This document shows, piece by piece, positions 7,891 to 18,171 of a stretch of 62,699 nucleotides of DNA (the stretch's first letter is position 1; each line of letters begins with the position of its first letter). Made by a program: the position numbers and the translations under genes. The notes beneath the pieces were generated by a model, which saw nothing but the letters and a program-made list of their open reading frames with translations, did not search any database and was not told the DNA's origin. Location of the stretch: assembly GCA_964456405.1 (NCBI GenBank), contig CAYVZB010000004.1, positions 1 through 62,699 of the forward strand, written 5' to 3'. This DNA is from an uncultured Candidatus Saccharibacteria bacterium (GTDB lineage Bacteria; Patescibacteriota; Minisyncoccia; Phycocordibacterales; DATGWK01).

Positions 7891-8003
7891 AGGTGGAAAG
7901 ATAGTAACATATACTATGTTTTCAATCAATAAACTTCAGCTGGGGTTTACGGTATCTAAATAATTGCTCCTCCCGGGAGGTTTCAACCAGCCCTTCAGGG
8001 GAA

Positions 8004-8116
8004 GGTTTCAAGCAATGCGCTTACGGGTACGTAGAATCTTTACTAAGATTCTACTCGGTCCTCGCGCCGTCGCGCTGCGGAGCCCCTACAGCGCATTGCT
8101 TGGGGAAAAGAAATGC
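8004..8116 (-). repeat. Structured intergenic repeat, family 2, copy A (adjoins a degenerate family-1 copy at 7984-8008)
   Basis: P1 AAGCAATGCGC (8010-8020) pairs with GCGCATTGCTT (8091-8101). The reverse complement aligns to copy B: TTCCCCAAGCAA(T/C)GC(G/T)CTG(T/A)AGGGG... Confidence 0.6.
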
Positions 8117-8162
8117 AATTCAATTCAATACGAATGCATTTGTATTGAATTCCTCTATCCCA

Positions 8163-8328
8163 ACCATTCCCCGTAGGAGTTTCGCGTAAAGGTAGTGAAA
8201 ATTGAAGAGTCTTTAGAGAGTGAGATGAGCACTGTCTGACGAGCGAAGCGAGGAGTTTGCTCATCTCACCGTAAAGACGACTACAATTTTCCTACCTTGT
8301 AGCGGGGCCCACTCCGCAGGGGAATGGT
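8163..8328. other. 166-nt domain closed by a 10-bp stem and containing a ~30-bp near-continuous hairpin (candidate ncRNA or MITE-like element)
   Basis: ACCATTCCCC (8163-8172) pairs with GGGGAATGGT (8319-8328). Inner stems: GGTAG/CTACC, GAAAATTG/CAATTTTC, GTCTTTA/TAAAGAC, TGAGATGAGC (8221-8230)/GCTCATCTCA (8259-8268). Confidence 0.5.
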
Positions 8329-8369
8329 GAAAACCCTCGGAGGGAAAGTTTATAAACGGTGAGGAAACG

Positions 8370-10253
8370 TTACATACCAAGGATAACCGGGATAACAATC
8401 GGTTTTTTGTTGGTTTTCTGGAACAAAAATCGGCTTACGGCATCTGCCACATTTGATTTCACGAACTCGAAGTTAATTGGGTTCATGCCTGTAGTAGAGG
8501 TTTCAACGGTTTTTTTGATTATCAGTCGAGCCTGCTGAAGCAGTTCCTGAGATTCACGAAGATATACGAAACCTCGGGAAATAATATCTGGAGATTTGCG
8601 GAGTTTGCCAGTTCGAACATTGATTGTGGCAATGATGACGAACATACCGTCCTCGGCGAGCATTTTTCGGTCTCGGATAACAACCTCTTGCATATCACCG
8701 ATGGTAAAGCCTTCAACCATCATGTCGTCCGACGGTGCTTTTTCCTTCAAGACAGAAATTTTGTCTGCTGTTGGTGGAATTTCAATCACCGAGCCGTTGT
8801 CTGGTACAACAATGTTTTCTTTTGGTGTGCCGAGTTGATGCGCAAGCTCAGCGTGCATTTTTACTCTGTAATGTTGGCCGTGAACCGGTATGAAGAATTT
8901 GTATGGAATCTGCTTGTGAATCCATTCGAGCTCTCCTCGTTTTCCGTGACCAGAAGCGTGAACGTCTGAGTCAAGGTAGGTAATGATCTTTGGATCGTGT
9001 CGGTAGAGATTGTCTTTAAGTTTATCAACGGCTTTTTCGTTTCCGGGAATAACAGAAGAAGAGAAAATAATAGTATCGTTTTTATTGAGCTTCACGTGTT
9101 TGTGAGTCTTGTTTGCCATTCTCATCAGAGCAGCAAATTCTTCACCCTGGGCGCCGGTTGAAATGATAAAAATCTTATTTGGCGGATATTTTTCTATGTC
9201 TTCAATCGGTACGATGTGGTCTGTTTCAACAAGGTTCAAATGTTTGATGATATCAACATTGGTTTTCATGCTTCGGCCCTCAACAATGATTTTCTTGTTG
9301 TACTTTTTTGCCATCTTGATGAATTCGATGATTCGCTCAACCTGTGATGCGAATGTTGCGATCAAGAGGCGGCCGGGCACTTCTCCAACGATTTTATCAA
9401 TCGTGTTCATCACGTGTTGTTCAGACATTGAGAATCCCGGTCGGTCGATACCAGTTGAATCCATGGCCAAAAGAAGGATGTTTCGATCCTTAAACATTTT
9501 GTATTGCTCGACTTCTTTCGGGTTCGGTATACCGTCTTCATTGTCGACTCTGACGTCACCGGTGTTTACGATATCGCCAAATGGGGTTTCGATAATGACA
9601 CCAGTTGAGTCGGGAATAGAATGGGTAAGACCAAAGAACCGAACTTTTAAGTTTGCCGTAAGGGGGATTGCACCGTCGTCTGCACCGACAATTTTGAGGT
9701 TAAGGGGTGGAAGGTGAGGAAATTCTTCGTGTCGTTTCTTGATGAGAAGTGCACCAAATTCTCGAGTGTAAATTGGCGGATTACCAAGTCGTTCGATGAG
9801 ATACGGAATACCTCCAATGTGATCTAAATGACCGTGGGTTATTACCAGAGCACGGATTTTACCTTTTCGTTCCTCGAGATATTTAATGTTTGGCAAAATA
9901 TAGTCGACACCGGGAGTTTCGTCATCGCTAAATTGAACACCAGCATCGATAACAATAATGTCGTCTTTGTATTCGACTAACATCATGTTTTTACCAATTT
10001 CCTCGACACCGCCAAGTGGAATAATCCGGATGTTTTCTCCGGCCGGTGGAATCTTTACATGCTCACCCTTTCTGTCAGGTCGTTCACTACCCATGGCAGC
10101 AGAATTTTGATGCGTAAAGGGTGTGCGGCGATCAGTACGCTGGTGATGACCTCCTGGTCTGCCTCGGCCTCCCATAGGACGACTTCTGTGTGGTCGTGGG
10201 CCTTGGTTGGAGGCTGGGTTTGCTGGTCTTACTTCTGGTTTTATTGGTTGCAT
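8370..10253 (-). CDS. rnj: Ribonuclease J (metallo-beta-lactamase/beta-CASP) with an R/G/P-rich N-terminal extension
   Basis: 627 aa. HGHLDHIGG motif and beta-CASP region. The first ~75 aa are low-complexity and basic. Confidence 0.9.
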   Translation of the reverse strand: MQPIKPEVRPANPASNQGPRPHRSRPMGGRGRPGGHHQRTDRRTPFTHQNSAAMGSERPDRKGEHVKIPPAGENIRIIPLGGVEEIGKNMMLVEYKDDIIVIDAGVQFSDDETPGVDYILPNIKYLEERKGKIRALVITHGHLDHIGGIPYLIERLGNPPIYTREFGALLIKKRHEEFPHLPPLNLKIVGADDGAIPLTANLKVRFFGLTHSIPDSTGVIIETPFGDIVNTGDVRVDNEDGIPNPKEVEQYKMFKDRNILLLAMDSTGIDRPGFSMSEQHVMNTIDKIVGEVPGRLLIATFASQVERIIEFIKMAKKYNKKIIVEGRSMKTNVDIIKHLNLVETDHIVPIEDIEKYPPNKIFIISTGAQGEEFAALMRMANKTHKHVKLNKNDTIIFSSSVIPGNEKAVDKLKDNLYRHDPKIITYLDSDVHASGHGKRGELEWIHKQIPYKFFIPVHGQHYRVKMHAELAHQLGTPKENIVVPDNGSVIEIPPTADKISVLKEKAPSDDMMVEGFTIGDMQEVVIRDRKMLAEDGMFVIIATINVRTGKLRKSPDIISRGFVYLRESQELLQQARLIIKKTVETSTTGMNPINFEFVKSNVADAVSRFLFQKTNKKPIVIPVILGM

Positions 10254-10297
10254 AATTTTTAATTAACCCTACTTCGCCCTGCGGGCTACGAAGGGCA

Positions 10298-12058
10298 CTA
10301 GTAAGCGAATATTTTCCAAACTTTATTGGTTTCGATATACCATTCTTGGATATTGTTAAAGCGTTCAGACGGTACAGTAAGTTTCCCCAATGATACGTTT
10401 GCTAACTTTTTCGGTACAACGTAGATAAATTCGGGGGAATAAATGAACGAAGCGGGCATGTCTGTTTTGAATAACGATTCAAAATCCTTTGCTCTATTCT
10501 CTCGAGCCACTGGATCTTGAATTGTTCTCAAATCCTCTAAAATCTTGTCAGCACTAATGTTTGCATAGAGTGCGATGTTGAGTCCTGGGTCATTGCGCTG
10601 TGACGAATGCCAAAAAGGATACAAATCATACTCTCTACCAACCACTTCTCCAAAAAGAAGCGCCTCAAACTTTCTTGGTCGGATCACGTTTTGGTTCAAG
10701 TCTCCGATTTCAAAGACTCGAATATCAACGGTGACACCAATTTTCTCCCAATCCTGCTTGATATACTCGGCGATTTGTTTGAGTTCAGCCGCATCACTCG
10801 TTGCAAGGGAGAAAGAAAGGGTAACTGTATTTGTACCAACTTTCTTTTCCATTGCGCCAGTTTTGGGGTTAACCGCCCAACCGGCTTTTGCCAGCATTGA
10901 GATTGCCTGGTCAGCATGGGAACGAGTAGGACTGGTTGCCTCGGATTTTTGTTCAGTTTCCTTTAGGTCCGAAGAGGGAACAGGGGAATCAATTTTTGTG
11001 GCGTAGCCACCGAGAATTTCTGAGATAATTCGGTCTTTGTCAATTGCTGTATCGAGAGCGGTTCGAACTTCTTTGTTGAGAAATACGTTTGCCTGGTTTT
11101 GGTTGAAAAACACACCGAAGACTCTTGGTAATGATGCGGTAATAATAGAGCTGTTGCGCAAGTCGAGTGTTTTTAAATCAGCGGGAGAAACGCCACCAAG
11201 TGTATCAATATCTCCGTTCTGGAATGCACTAAGAAGGTCCTCGACGTTTTGGTAGAAGCTTAAATTGATGTATTTAACAAATGGTTGACCTAACGGGTAG
11301 TCTTCAAAAGACTGAAGTGTATAGTGGTTAGAAAGTCCATAAGAATTTCTTCCAACTTTCTTTATATAGTACGGACCGTTGCCGACAGCGTTAATGTTAA
11401 GTTCACTAAAAGAAAACTGATCGGTTGGTACCTCACGCCAAATATGTTTTGGAATAATGCCGACAGTAAAGTTGTCTATAAATGGTGCATATGCTTGTTT
11501 GAGGCTGAATGTGATTTCTTTATCGTTAATTTTTTGGACAATAACTCCATCCCAAATTGGTCGTTTTGGACTTTTAACTGTTGAGTCTTGGATTTTTTGG
11601 ATAGTAAACTCTATATCTTCGGTTGTAATCGGTTCACCGTCATGAAAAAAGATATTGTCACGTAACGTAAATGTGTATGTTCGGCCATCTGGTGAGATGG
11701 TGTAGCTTGCTGCAAGATCTGGAACGAGCTTTCCATCCGGGGAGGCCTTGAGAAGGCCAGAAAAAACTAAAGACACCACGTCTTTGTCCGCATCAGAGAC
11801 TGCAAGCACTGGGTTTACGAATCGGGGGATGCCAACTACGCCCTCAGTCATTTCACCACCACGGTCTGGTACTTCAACGAGAAATTTATTATTTAAATGT
11901 GCCAAAAAAGTTAAACCAGTAACAACAGCCACGGCTATAAGAGAATAAAAAACCACTTTTTCGGTGATTGAAAATGCGTGAGTAATCCTATACAAAATTT
12001 CTAGGAACCGCCCACGTTTTAGGTTTGAAGTCGAGATTGATGAATTTTCGTTGTTCAC
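10298..12058 (-). CDS. ABC transporter substrate-binding protein, family 5 (peptide/nickel type), membrane-anchored
   Basis: 586 aa. N-terminal TM helix and SBP_bac_5-like blocks (TFTLRDNIFFHDGEPIT, GNGPYYI). GTG start. Confidence 0.8.
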   Translation of the reverse strand: MNNENSSISTSNLKRGRFLEILYRITHAFSITEKVVFYSLIAVAVVTGLTFLAHLNNKFLVEVPDRGGEMTEGVVGIPRFVNPVLAVSDADKDVVSLVFSGLLKASPDGKLVPDLAASYTISPDGRTYTFTLRDNIFFHDGEPITTEDIEFTIQKIQDSTVKSPKRPIWDGVIVQKINDKEITFSLKQAYAPFIDNFTVGIIPKHIWREVPTDQFSFSELNINAVGNGPYYIKKVGRNSYGLSNHYTLQSFEDYPLGQPFVKYINLSFYQNVEDLLSAFQNGDIDTLGGVSPADLKTLDLRNSSIITASLPRVFGVFFNQNQANVFLNKEVRTALDTAIDKDRIISEILGGYATKIDSPVPSSDLKETEQKSEATSPTRSHADQAISMLAKAGWAVNPKTGAMEKKVGTNTVTLSFSLATSDAAELKQIAEYIKQDWEKIGVTVDIRVFEIGDLNQNVIRPRKFEALLFGEVVGREYDLYPFWHSSQRNDPGLNIALYANISADKILEDLRTIQDPVARENRAKDFESLFKTDMPASFIYSPEFIYVVPKKLANVSLGKLTVPSERFNNIQEWYIETNKVWKIFAY

Positions 12059-12073
12059 AAGGATGAAAGTTGA

Positions 12074-12148
12074 GGCGCTAGGCGCTAGGCTCTAGGCACT
12101 AGCAATTTATTTTTTGGGCTAAAGCCTAAGGACTAGAGCCTAATGCCC
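12074..12148. repeat. Inverted pair of 4 x 7-bp tandem repeats (GGCNCTA heptads)
   Basis: GGCGCTA GGCGCTA GGCTCTA GGCACTA at 12074-12101. The minus strand of 12116-12148 reads GGGCATTA GGCTCTA GTCCTTA GGCTTTA GCCC. Confidence 0.8.
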
Positions 12149-12156
12149 GTCTTTAA

Positions 12157-12396
12157 TTAATTGAAGATAAGTGAAATGAGGGCCAAAATGGCAAAAAGCG
12201 CACCGATAACAATCGTGCCGTAGAAGAGTACTTTCTCGAAACCTCGTCGTTCGTGGAAACCAGCAGAAAAGCCGTCGCCACCAAAACCGGCGCCAAGACC
12301 CGCTTCAGATCGCTGGAGTAAGATTGCCCCAACAAGAATCACGGAGAGCACAATATGAATAATCGGTAAAACCGAAATGAAAAACGCCATTTCCAA
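12157..12396 (-). CDS. secG: Preprotein translocase subunit SecG
   Basis: 79 aa, two TM helices, LLQRSEAGLGAGFGG motif. Confidence 0.8.
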   Translation of the reverse strand: MEMAFFISVLPIIHIVLSVILVGAILLQRSEAGLGAGFGGDGFSAGFHERRGFEKVLFYGTIVIGALFAILALISLIFN

Positions 12397-12435
12397 TAGT
12401 ATACGTGGAATTTAAAACTTGGCAAATTACTTTTA

Positions 12436-12466
12436 TAAAGAAAAAGCCCGACTCAAAATCGGGCTT
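12436..12466 (-). terminator. Intrinsic terminator after the pilin-like gene
   Basis: AAGCCCGA/TCGGGCTT stem (12444-12466) followed by a T-run on the minus strand. Confidence 0.65.
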
Positions 12467-12482
12467 GAAATGTGTCTTGGCG

Positions 12483-12875
12483 TCATCTTTCGAACGGAGT
12501 CGGTGTTGGTGGAATCGAATTGCCTGAAGCGATGACCGTGAATTCGCTGTGTTTGAGTGTGTAGGAGAACTGCTCGTAACTCAAAACAATCCGTTTGGTT
12601 TGGTCGCTTGAGATCAATTCGATGTAGTTCAAATCACTGATTGATGCAACTCTGTTGATCTTGTAGGTGTCAGGAACGAGTGCGGCCGATGCCTCTTGCG
12701 GAGACGAGGTGTTCTTGGTGATGATGAGGATGCCGCCAGTCTTCGGCAGAAACTCGGCGTTCTTGTCTCTGCGAATACCGCTAACGTCATCGATCACGAT
12801 CAGGATCCCAAACGCCACGATCACGGCGATGACCAACCATTCATACAGCGAGTATCCCTTTTGTCTCTGGTTCAT
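12483..12875 (-). CDS. Type IV pilin-like protein (prepilin-type N-terminal cleavage/methylation motif)
   Basis: Internal start MNQRQKG|YSLYEWLVIAVIVAFGILIV: Gly at -1, Glu at +5, hydrophobic helix. GGGAGG Shine-Dalgarno 4 nt upstream of ATG 12875. GC-rich. Confidence 0.6.
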   Translation of the reverse strand: MNQRQKGYSLYEWLVIAVIVAFGILIVIDDVSGIRRDKNAEFLPKTGGILIITKNTSSPQEASAALVPDTYKINRVASISDLNYIELISSDQTKRIVLSYEQFSYTLKHSEFTVIASGNSIPPTPTPFER

Positions 12876-12933
12876 GAGTCCTCCCTTGTAATGTGGGCGT
12901 TGTGCTGTTTGTTCTGAGGTGATACACACTGTG

Positions 12934-13323
12934 TCAGTTTTGGGTCTCTGTTTCTTCTGGTGGAACCACCCGAATCCTCCACATCGCGTCTGCCAACCCT
13001 TGTAGTTCGTCTGGGGATAAGGTTAGTTCGGTCCCATGCAAGTCATTGACGAGATAGATTAACGGAGAACCGTTTGTGTCTCTAAACAGGTTATCTGCCC
13101 GGTACCAAAAAGCCGCACGAGGTACGGTTTTTTCGCTAAGGTTGGCCAGTGCGGTTGGAGGCAGGATCCCAACCATTGAGTTTTTTTCGATCAGTCTTCT
13201 TTGGCCGGTGTAGTCAGTGAAGGAGAACTCCCACTTCCTGAAATTTCGTGCCGTAAGGATTGAGATCACAATTATCACAACGGTGATAATTCCCGCAAAC
13301 CAGTTTCCAGAGCGTTCAGTCAT
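12934..13323 (-). CDS. Hypothetical membrane-anchored protein
   Basis: 129 aa, one N-terminal TM helix, AAGGAG Shine-Dalgarno, GC-rich. Confidence 0.5.
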   Translation of the reverse strand: MTERSGNWFAGIITVVIIVISILTARNFRKWEFSFTDYTGQRRLIEKNSMVGILPPTALANLSEKTVPRAAFWYRADNLFRDTNGSPLIYLVNDLHGTELTLSPDELQGLADAMWRIRVVPPEETETQN

Positions 13324-13496
13324 TCGCTACTCCTTTCAAATCTTCAAGGAACATGTGGCTACTTTGACATTCATTTCGCTTATTCCAATATAAAATTGTC
13401 ATGTAAATGTTGAACCGTCAATCTTTTTGGTCGAAAGAAAAAACGCCCAACCACATTTTTGTGGCGGGCGTGTGAAGTGTTGAGACACGATGAAGT

Positions 13497-13949
13497 TCAT
13501 GGCCAGGAGAAGTAGAAGTTGTCATAATCGCGAGGATCACGACTTAGCCCTGCCTGAGAGACGGCCATTAACTTCCAAGTTTTGTTCTCAGAATCGTAGG
13601 TTGCCCTGACAAATGTACCGACCGGAAACTTGTCCGCATCCCAATCGGTCATGACATGGGTCTCGCCGTTGGGTTCCTGTACCTCGGCAATGTAGCAGGT
13701 GCCACCTACTACTGCGATCTCGAGCACTTTGTAGATCAGACCGTCAGTTGGCTTGTTCCAGCTCCGGATTTTGTCCGGCGCCCTGAGTGGGAACGCAGAG
13801 ATTACATCAGCTTGGCTTGATTTGTTTTTGGCGTCGTGGACCACCTTCGACATTGTAAGTGTAATGGCACCCACTCCGCCCAAAAGGATTAAGGCGACTA
13901 GCGCCCAGAGGGCAGAATGCGAACCAAACAATTTTCTCCTGTGATGCAT
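13497..13949 (-). CDS. Hypothetical membrane-anchored protein
   Basis: 150 aa, N-terminal TM helix, AGGAG Shine-Dalgarno, own terminator at about 13441-13475. Confidence 0.5.
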   Translation of the reverse strand: MHHRRKLFGSHSALWALVALILLGGVGAITLTMSKVVHDAKNKSSQADVISAFPLRAPDKIRSWNKPTDGLIYKVLEIAVVGGTCYIAEVQEPNGETHVMTDWDADKFPVGTFVRATYDSENKTWKLMAVSQAGLSRDPRDYDNFYFSWP

Positions 13950-14185
13950 ACGAGTCTCCTGTGAAAGTGCTGGTGAATGTGGCGTTATGCCACGGGAATT
14001 ACTGAAAAAATAATAGCATTTTATTGTGGAAAGTCAAGTTTTAGTGCCGGCCCAAAAGTTCGGAGTCGTCCGATGCAAGTTCATGTTGTACATTTAGTGT
14101 CTGACATATATAAAAACCGCCCAGCTGCATTTCCCAAAGGATTTGCAGCCGGACGGCAGAAAGGTCATGAAGGTGAATCGGTTGA

Positions 14186-14944
14186 TCAGGTTGTGGCTGG
14201 CTGGAGCTTAAGCCAGTGAACCGAGATGAGCTGGTACATGATGAGGCCGAGCACTACCCCCGTCATCCCACCAGCAATTGCGCTGTCGAGACCGTAGCCG
14301 ACAAGTGTTCCGAAACCCGAAGCGAAGAGACAGATGAGCCGCCGGTCTGAATGGACAAACACGAAGGCCAGCCGCCCGAACCGGATCATGAACCGAACGA
14401 GTGTCGGAATGTGAACAGGAACGAATCTCGTCACAACCCAGCGGACCAATCTCAAAAAACCATATACGATATTGTACCGAAGAGGACTAGTCTGTTTCAA
14501 GAATCGTTCTGCCCCAATATTCACGCTCGGCGCACCCAGTACCTGAATAAGCAAAACAAGAAGAAGAAAGTAAATAGCAAATACCCCCGAAGCAAACAAT
14601 GGTGGAAATGGATTTTCAGAGAGTTTTGCTTGCAGTTTATCAAAACCTATCAGAATACCCGACAAGAGCATAAGCCCCAGGAAAAACTGAAAACCCACAC
14701 TGCAAAGAGTTGCACAAAGCAAGGAGTTCCGTTTAACGTTTTTCCAGTTAGTTTTTCCAGAAATAGCTGTCCGCCACGTCTTGGCGATACCCGTCACCAA
14801 GTGACGAACATCAACCAAGAAGTAGCCCAGCACCGCGCCGACGATCAGACCCACGAACGGCACGCTGGTGAGCTCGAGTGAGACCAGAGTTCCGATGAGG
14901 CCACCGATGAAACAGGCCACGATGATTGAGATGAGACGATTCAT
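14186..14944 (-). CDS. Hypothetical polytopic membrane protein
   Basis: Track ORF 14186..15019. Likely start is MNRLISIIV at 14944, preceded by AAAGGGA. 6-7 predicted TM helices. GC-rich. Confidence 0.55.
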   Translation of the reverse strand: MNRLISIIVACFIGGLIGTLVSLELTSVPFVGLIVGAVLGYFLVDVRHLVTGIAKTWRTAISGKTNWKNVKRNSLLCATLCSVGFQFFLGLMLLSGILIGFDKLQAKLSENPFPPLFASGVFAIYFLLLVLLIQVLGAPSVNIGAERFLKQTSPLRYNIVYGFLRLVRWVVTRFVPVHIPTLVRFMIRFGRLAFVFVHSDRRLICLFASGFGTLVGYGLDSAIAGGMTGVVLGLIMYQLISVHWLKLQPATT

Positions 14945-15183
14945 ATATTCCCTTTCAAGGAACAGGTGTTTGTAACTCCAGATTCGTCCAGAGTGTATAT
15001 TCTGGCCGAACTCTATCACTTATACACAAAAAGTCAATGGTCTGTGATGTATCATAACCCTTGCAACACCTGGGAGGATGATGTCGCAATTCATCCAGCA
15101 TTTTGACCATGTTTTTCTCTTGAAGTCCTTAGTCCATTTGTATTATACTTTCGCCACAATTTAGAAATAATTTCTTAAACGAC

Positions 15184-15543
15184 ATGAAAAAATCCAAGAA
15201 AGTTGTTTCGAAACCAAAAGTTGTTCAAAAAATTTCATCAAGTGATTCAAAAATCCAACCACTTGGTGACCGTATACTCATTAAGCCTTTTTCTGTTGCG
15301 GAAGTAGAAAAGAAAACCGATTTTGGAATTATCATTCCTGAAACAGTAAGCAAAGAACAACCGGAACAAGGAAAGGTGCTTGCAGTAGGCGAAGGTCGTT
15401 ACCAAGACGGTGCATTTGTACCAATGAAAATCAAAGTTGGTGACACCGTTATTTTTTCTAAATATGGTTTTGATGAGGTAAAAGTAGATGGAGACACATT
15501 ATATATATTGAGAGAGGATAGTATTCTTGCAGTTATTAAGTAA
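15184..15543 (+). CDS. groES: Co-chaperonin GroES (with basic N-terminal extension)
   Basis: 119 aa. IQPLGDRILIKP..GKVLAVGEG..VGDTVIFSKY. Confidence 0.9.
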   Translation: MKKSKKVVSKPKVVQKISSSDSKIQPLGDRILIKPFSVAEVEKKTDFGIIIPETVSKEQPEQGKVLAVGEGRYQDGAFVPMKIKVGDTVIFSKYGFDEVKVDGDTLYILREDSILAVIK

Positions 15544-15642
15544 CCCTCGGTGTCTTCCCGGGCTTGTCCCGGGATCTAGGAGTTTAACCACCGTGGTCTG
15601 GACTCCGGAACAAGTCTGGGCGACAAGTAAAAACAGATTTAG

Positions 15643-17313
<1,671 letters not shown>

Positions 17314-17384
17314 TTGATCGGGAATATTGTTTTAGTATAATATTCTCAGCTGGTAAGGCTGGTGGACATGACAAATTGGTAAAC

Positions 17385-17406
17385 AAAATCCCCGAAAGGG
17401 GATTTT
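17385..17406 (+). terminator. Intrinsic terminator after groEL
   Basis: AAAATCCCC-GAAA-GGGGATTTT, followed by an extended -10 TGTTATAAT (17408-17416) for lemA. Confidence 0.7.
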
Positions 17407-17442
17407 GTGTTATAATTCCCGCATAAAATTAAATTTACCCAT

Positions 17443-17997
17443 ATGATTACATGGATTATTTTGGCAGTTGTCGTTGTTGCAGTTCTTTTCCTTGTGTTCA
17501 TGTACAACAACTTTGTACGAAAAGTAAATCGTACAAAAGAAGCCTGGGCAGACATCGATGTTCAGCTCAAACGCCGATACGACCTCATCCCTAATCTGGT
17601 TAATACCGTAAAGGGTTATGCGACACACGAATCAACTGCATTTGAAAAAGTAACTCAGGCTCGAGCTCAGGCAATGCAGGCAACCGGCACTGCGAATAAG
17701 GGTCAGGCTGAAAACATGCTTACAGATGCACTCAAGTCAGTCTTTGCAGTTGCAGAAGCATACCCAGACCTCAAGGCAAACCAGAATTTCCTCGCGCTTC
17801 AGACCGAACTTTCAGATACCGAAAGCAAAGTTCAAGCTGCTCGACGTTTCTACAATGCCAATGTTCGTGATCTTAATATCGCAATCGAATCTTTCCCAAA
17901 TAACGTTATCGCAAAAGTATTTAATTTCAGTAAAATGGATTTGTTTGACCTTGGTGGTAACGAAGCCGCCCGCGAACCAGTAGAAGTAAAGTTCTAG
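17443..17997 (+). CDS. lemA: LemA family protein
   Basis: 184 aa. N-terminal TM helix, WADIDVQLKRRYDLIPNLV, AYPDLKAN..F..LQ.EL...E..V..AR..YN. Confidence 0.9.
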   Translation: MITWIILAVVVVAVLFLVFMYNNFVRKVNRTKEAWADIDVQLKRRYDLIPNLVNTVKGYATHESTAFEKVTQARAQAMQATGTANKGQAENMLTDALKSVFAVAEAYPDLKANQNFLALQTELSDTESKVQAARRFYNANVRDLNIAIESFPNNVIAKVFNFSKMDLFDLGGNEAAREPVEVKF

Positions 17998-18034
17998 TTC
18001 TTTGTTTCGTCTCGTATTCGCATTCTCTTACTAC

Positions 18035-18162
18035 AACCAGCCCTGAATGGAGGGTCTCGCAGGCAGGAAGTGCTTTCGTCTGGCTTTTCCGAAAGCACTT
18101 CCGTGGCCGAGAGGAGCCGCGATTTCAGCAGAAATCGACGGCGCCCTCCTCACGGGCTGGTT
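18035..18162 (-). repeat. Structured intergenic repeat, family 1 (AACCAGCCC...GGGCTGGTT), long copy
   Basis: AACCAGCCC (18035-18043) pairs with GGGCTGGTT (18154-18162). Inner stems: GGAGGG/CCCTCC, 13-bp GGAAGTGCTTTCG/CGAAAGCACTTCC, GATTTC-AGCA-GAAATC. Confidence 0.6.
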
Positions 18163-18171
18163 AAAATAAAC

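Noticed and set aside
8043-8264. 73-aa minus-strand ORF and 70-aa plus-strand ORF (7964..8176) in the rpsU-rnj spacer.
   Set aside because: They overlap the structured repeats, have no Shine-Dalgarno or promoter context, and have an arbitrary amino-acid composition. The region is better explained as non-coding.
12074-12148. Heptad repeats as a CRISPR array or a coding low-complexity segment.
   Set aside because: The repeat unit is only 7 bp with no spacers, and the total length is under 80 bp. No cas genes lie nearby, and there is no ORF through it.
15020-15183. Expected CIRCE/HrcA operator (TTAGCACTC-N9-GAGTGCTAA) upstream of groES.
   Set aside because: I found no match, or even a half-site, on either strand.
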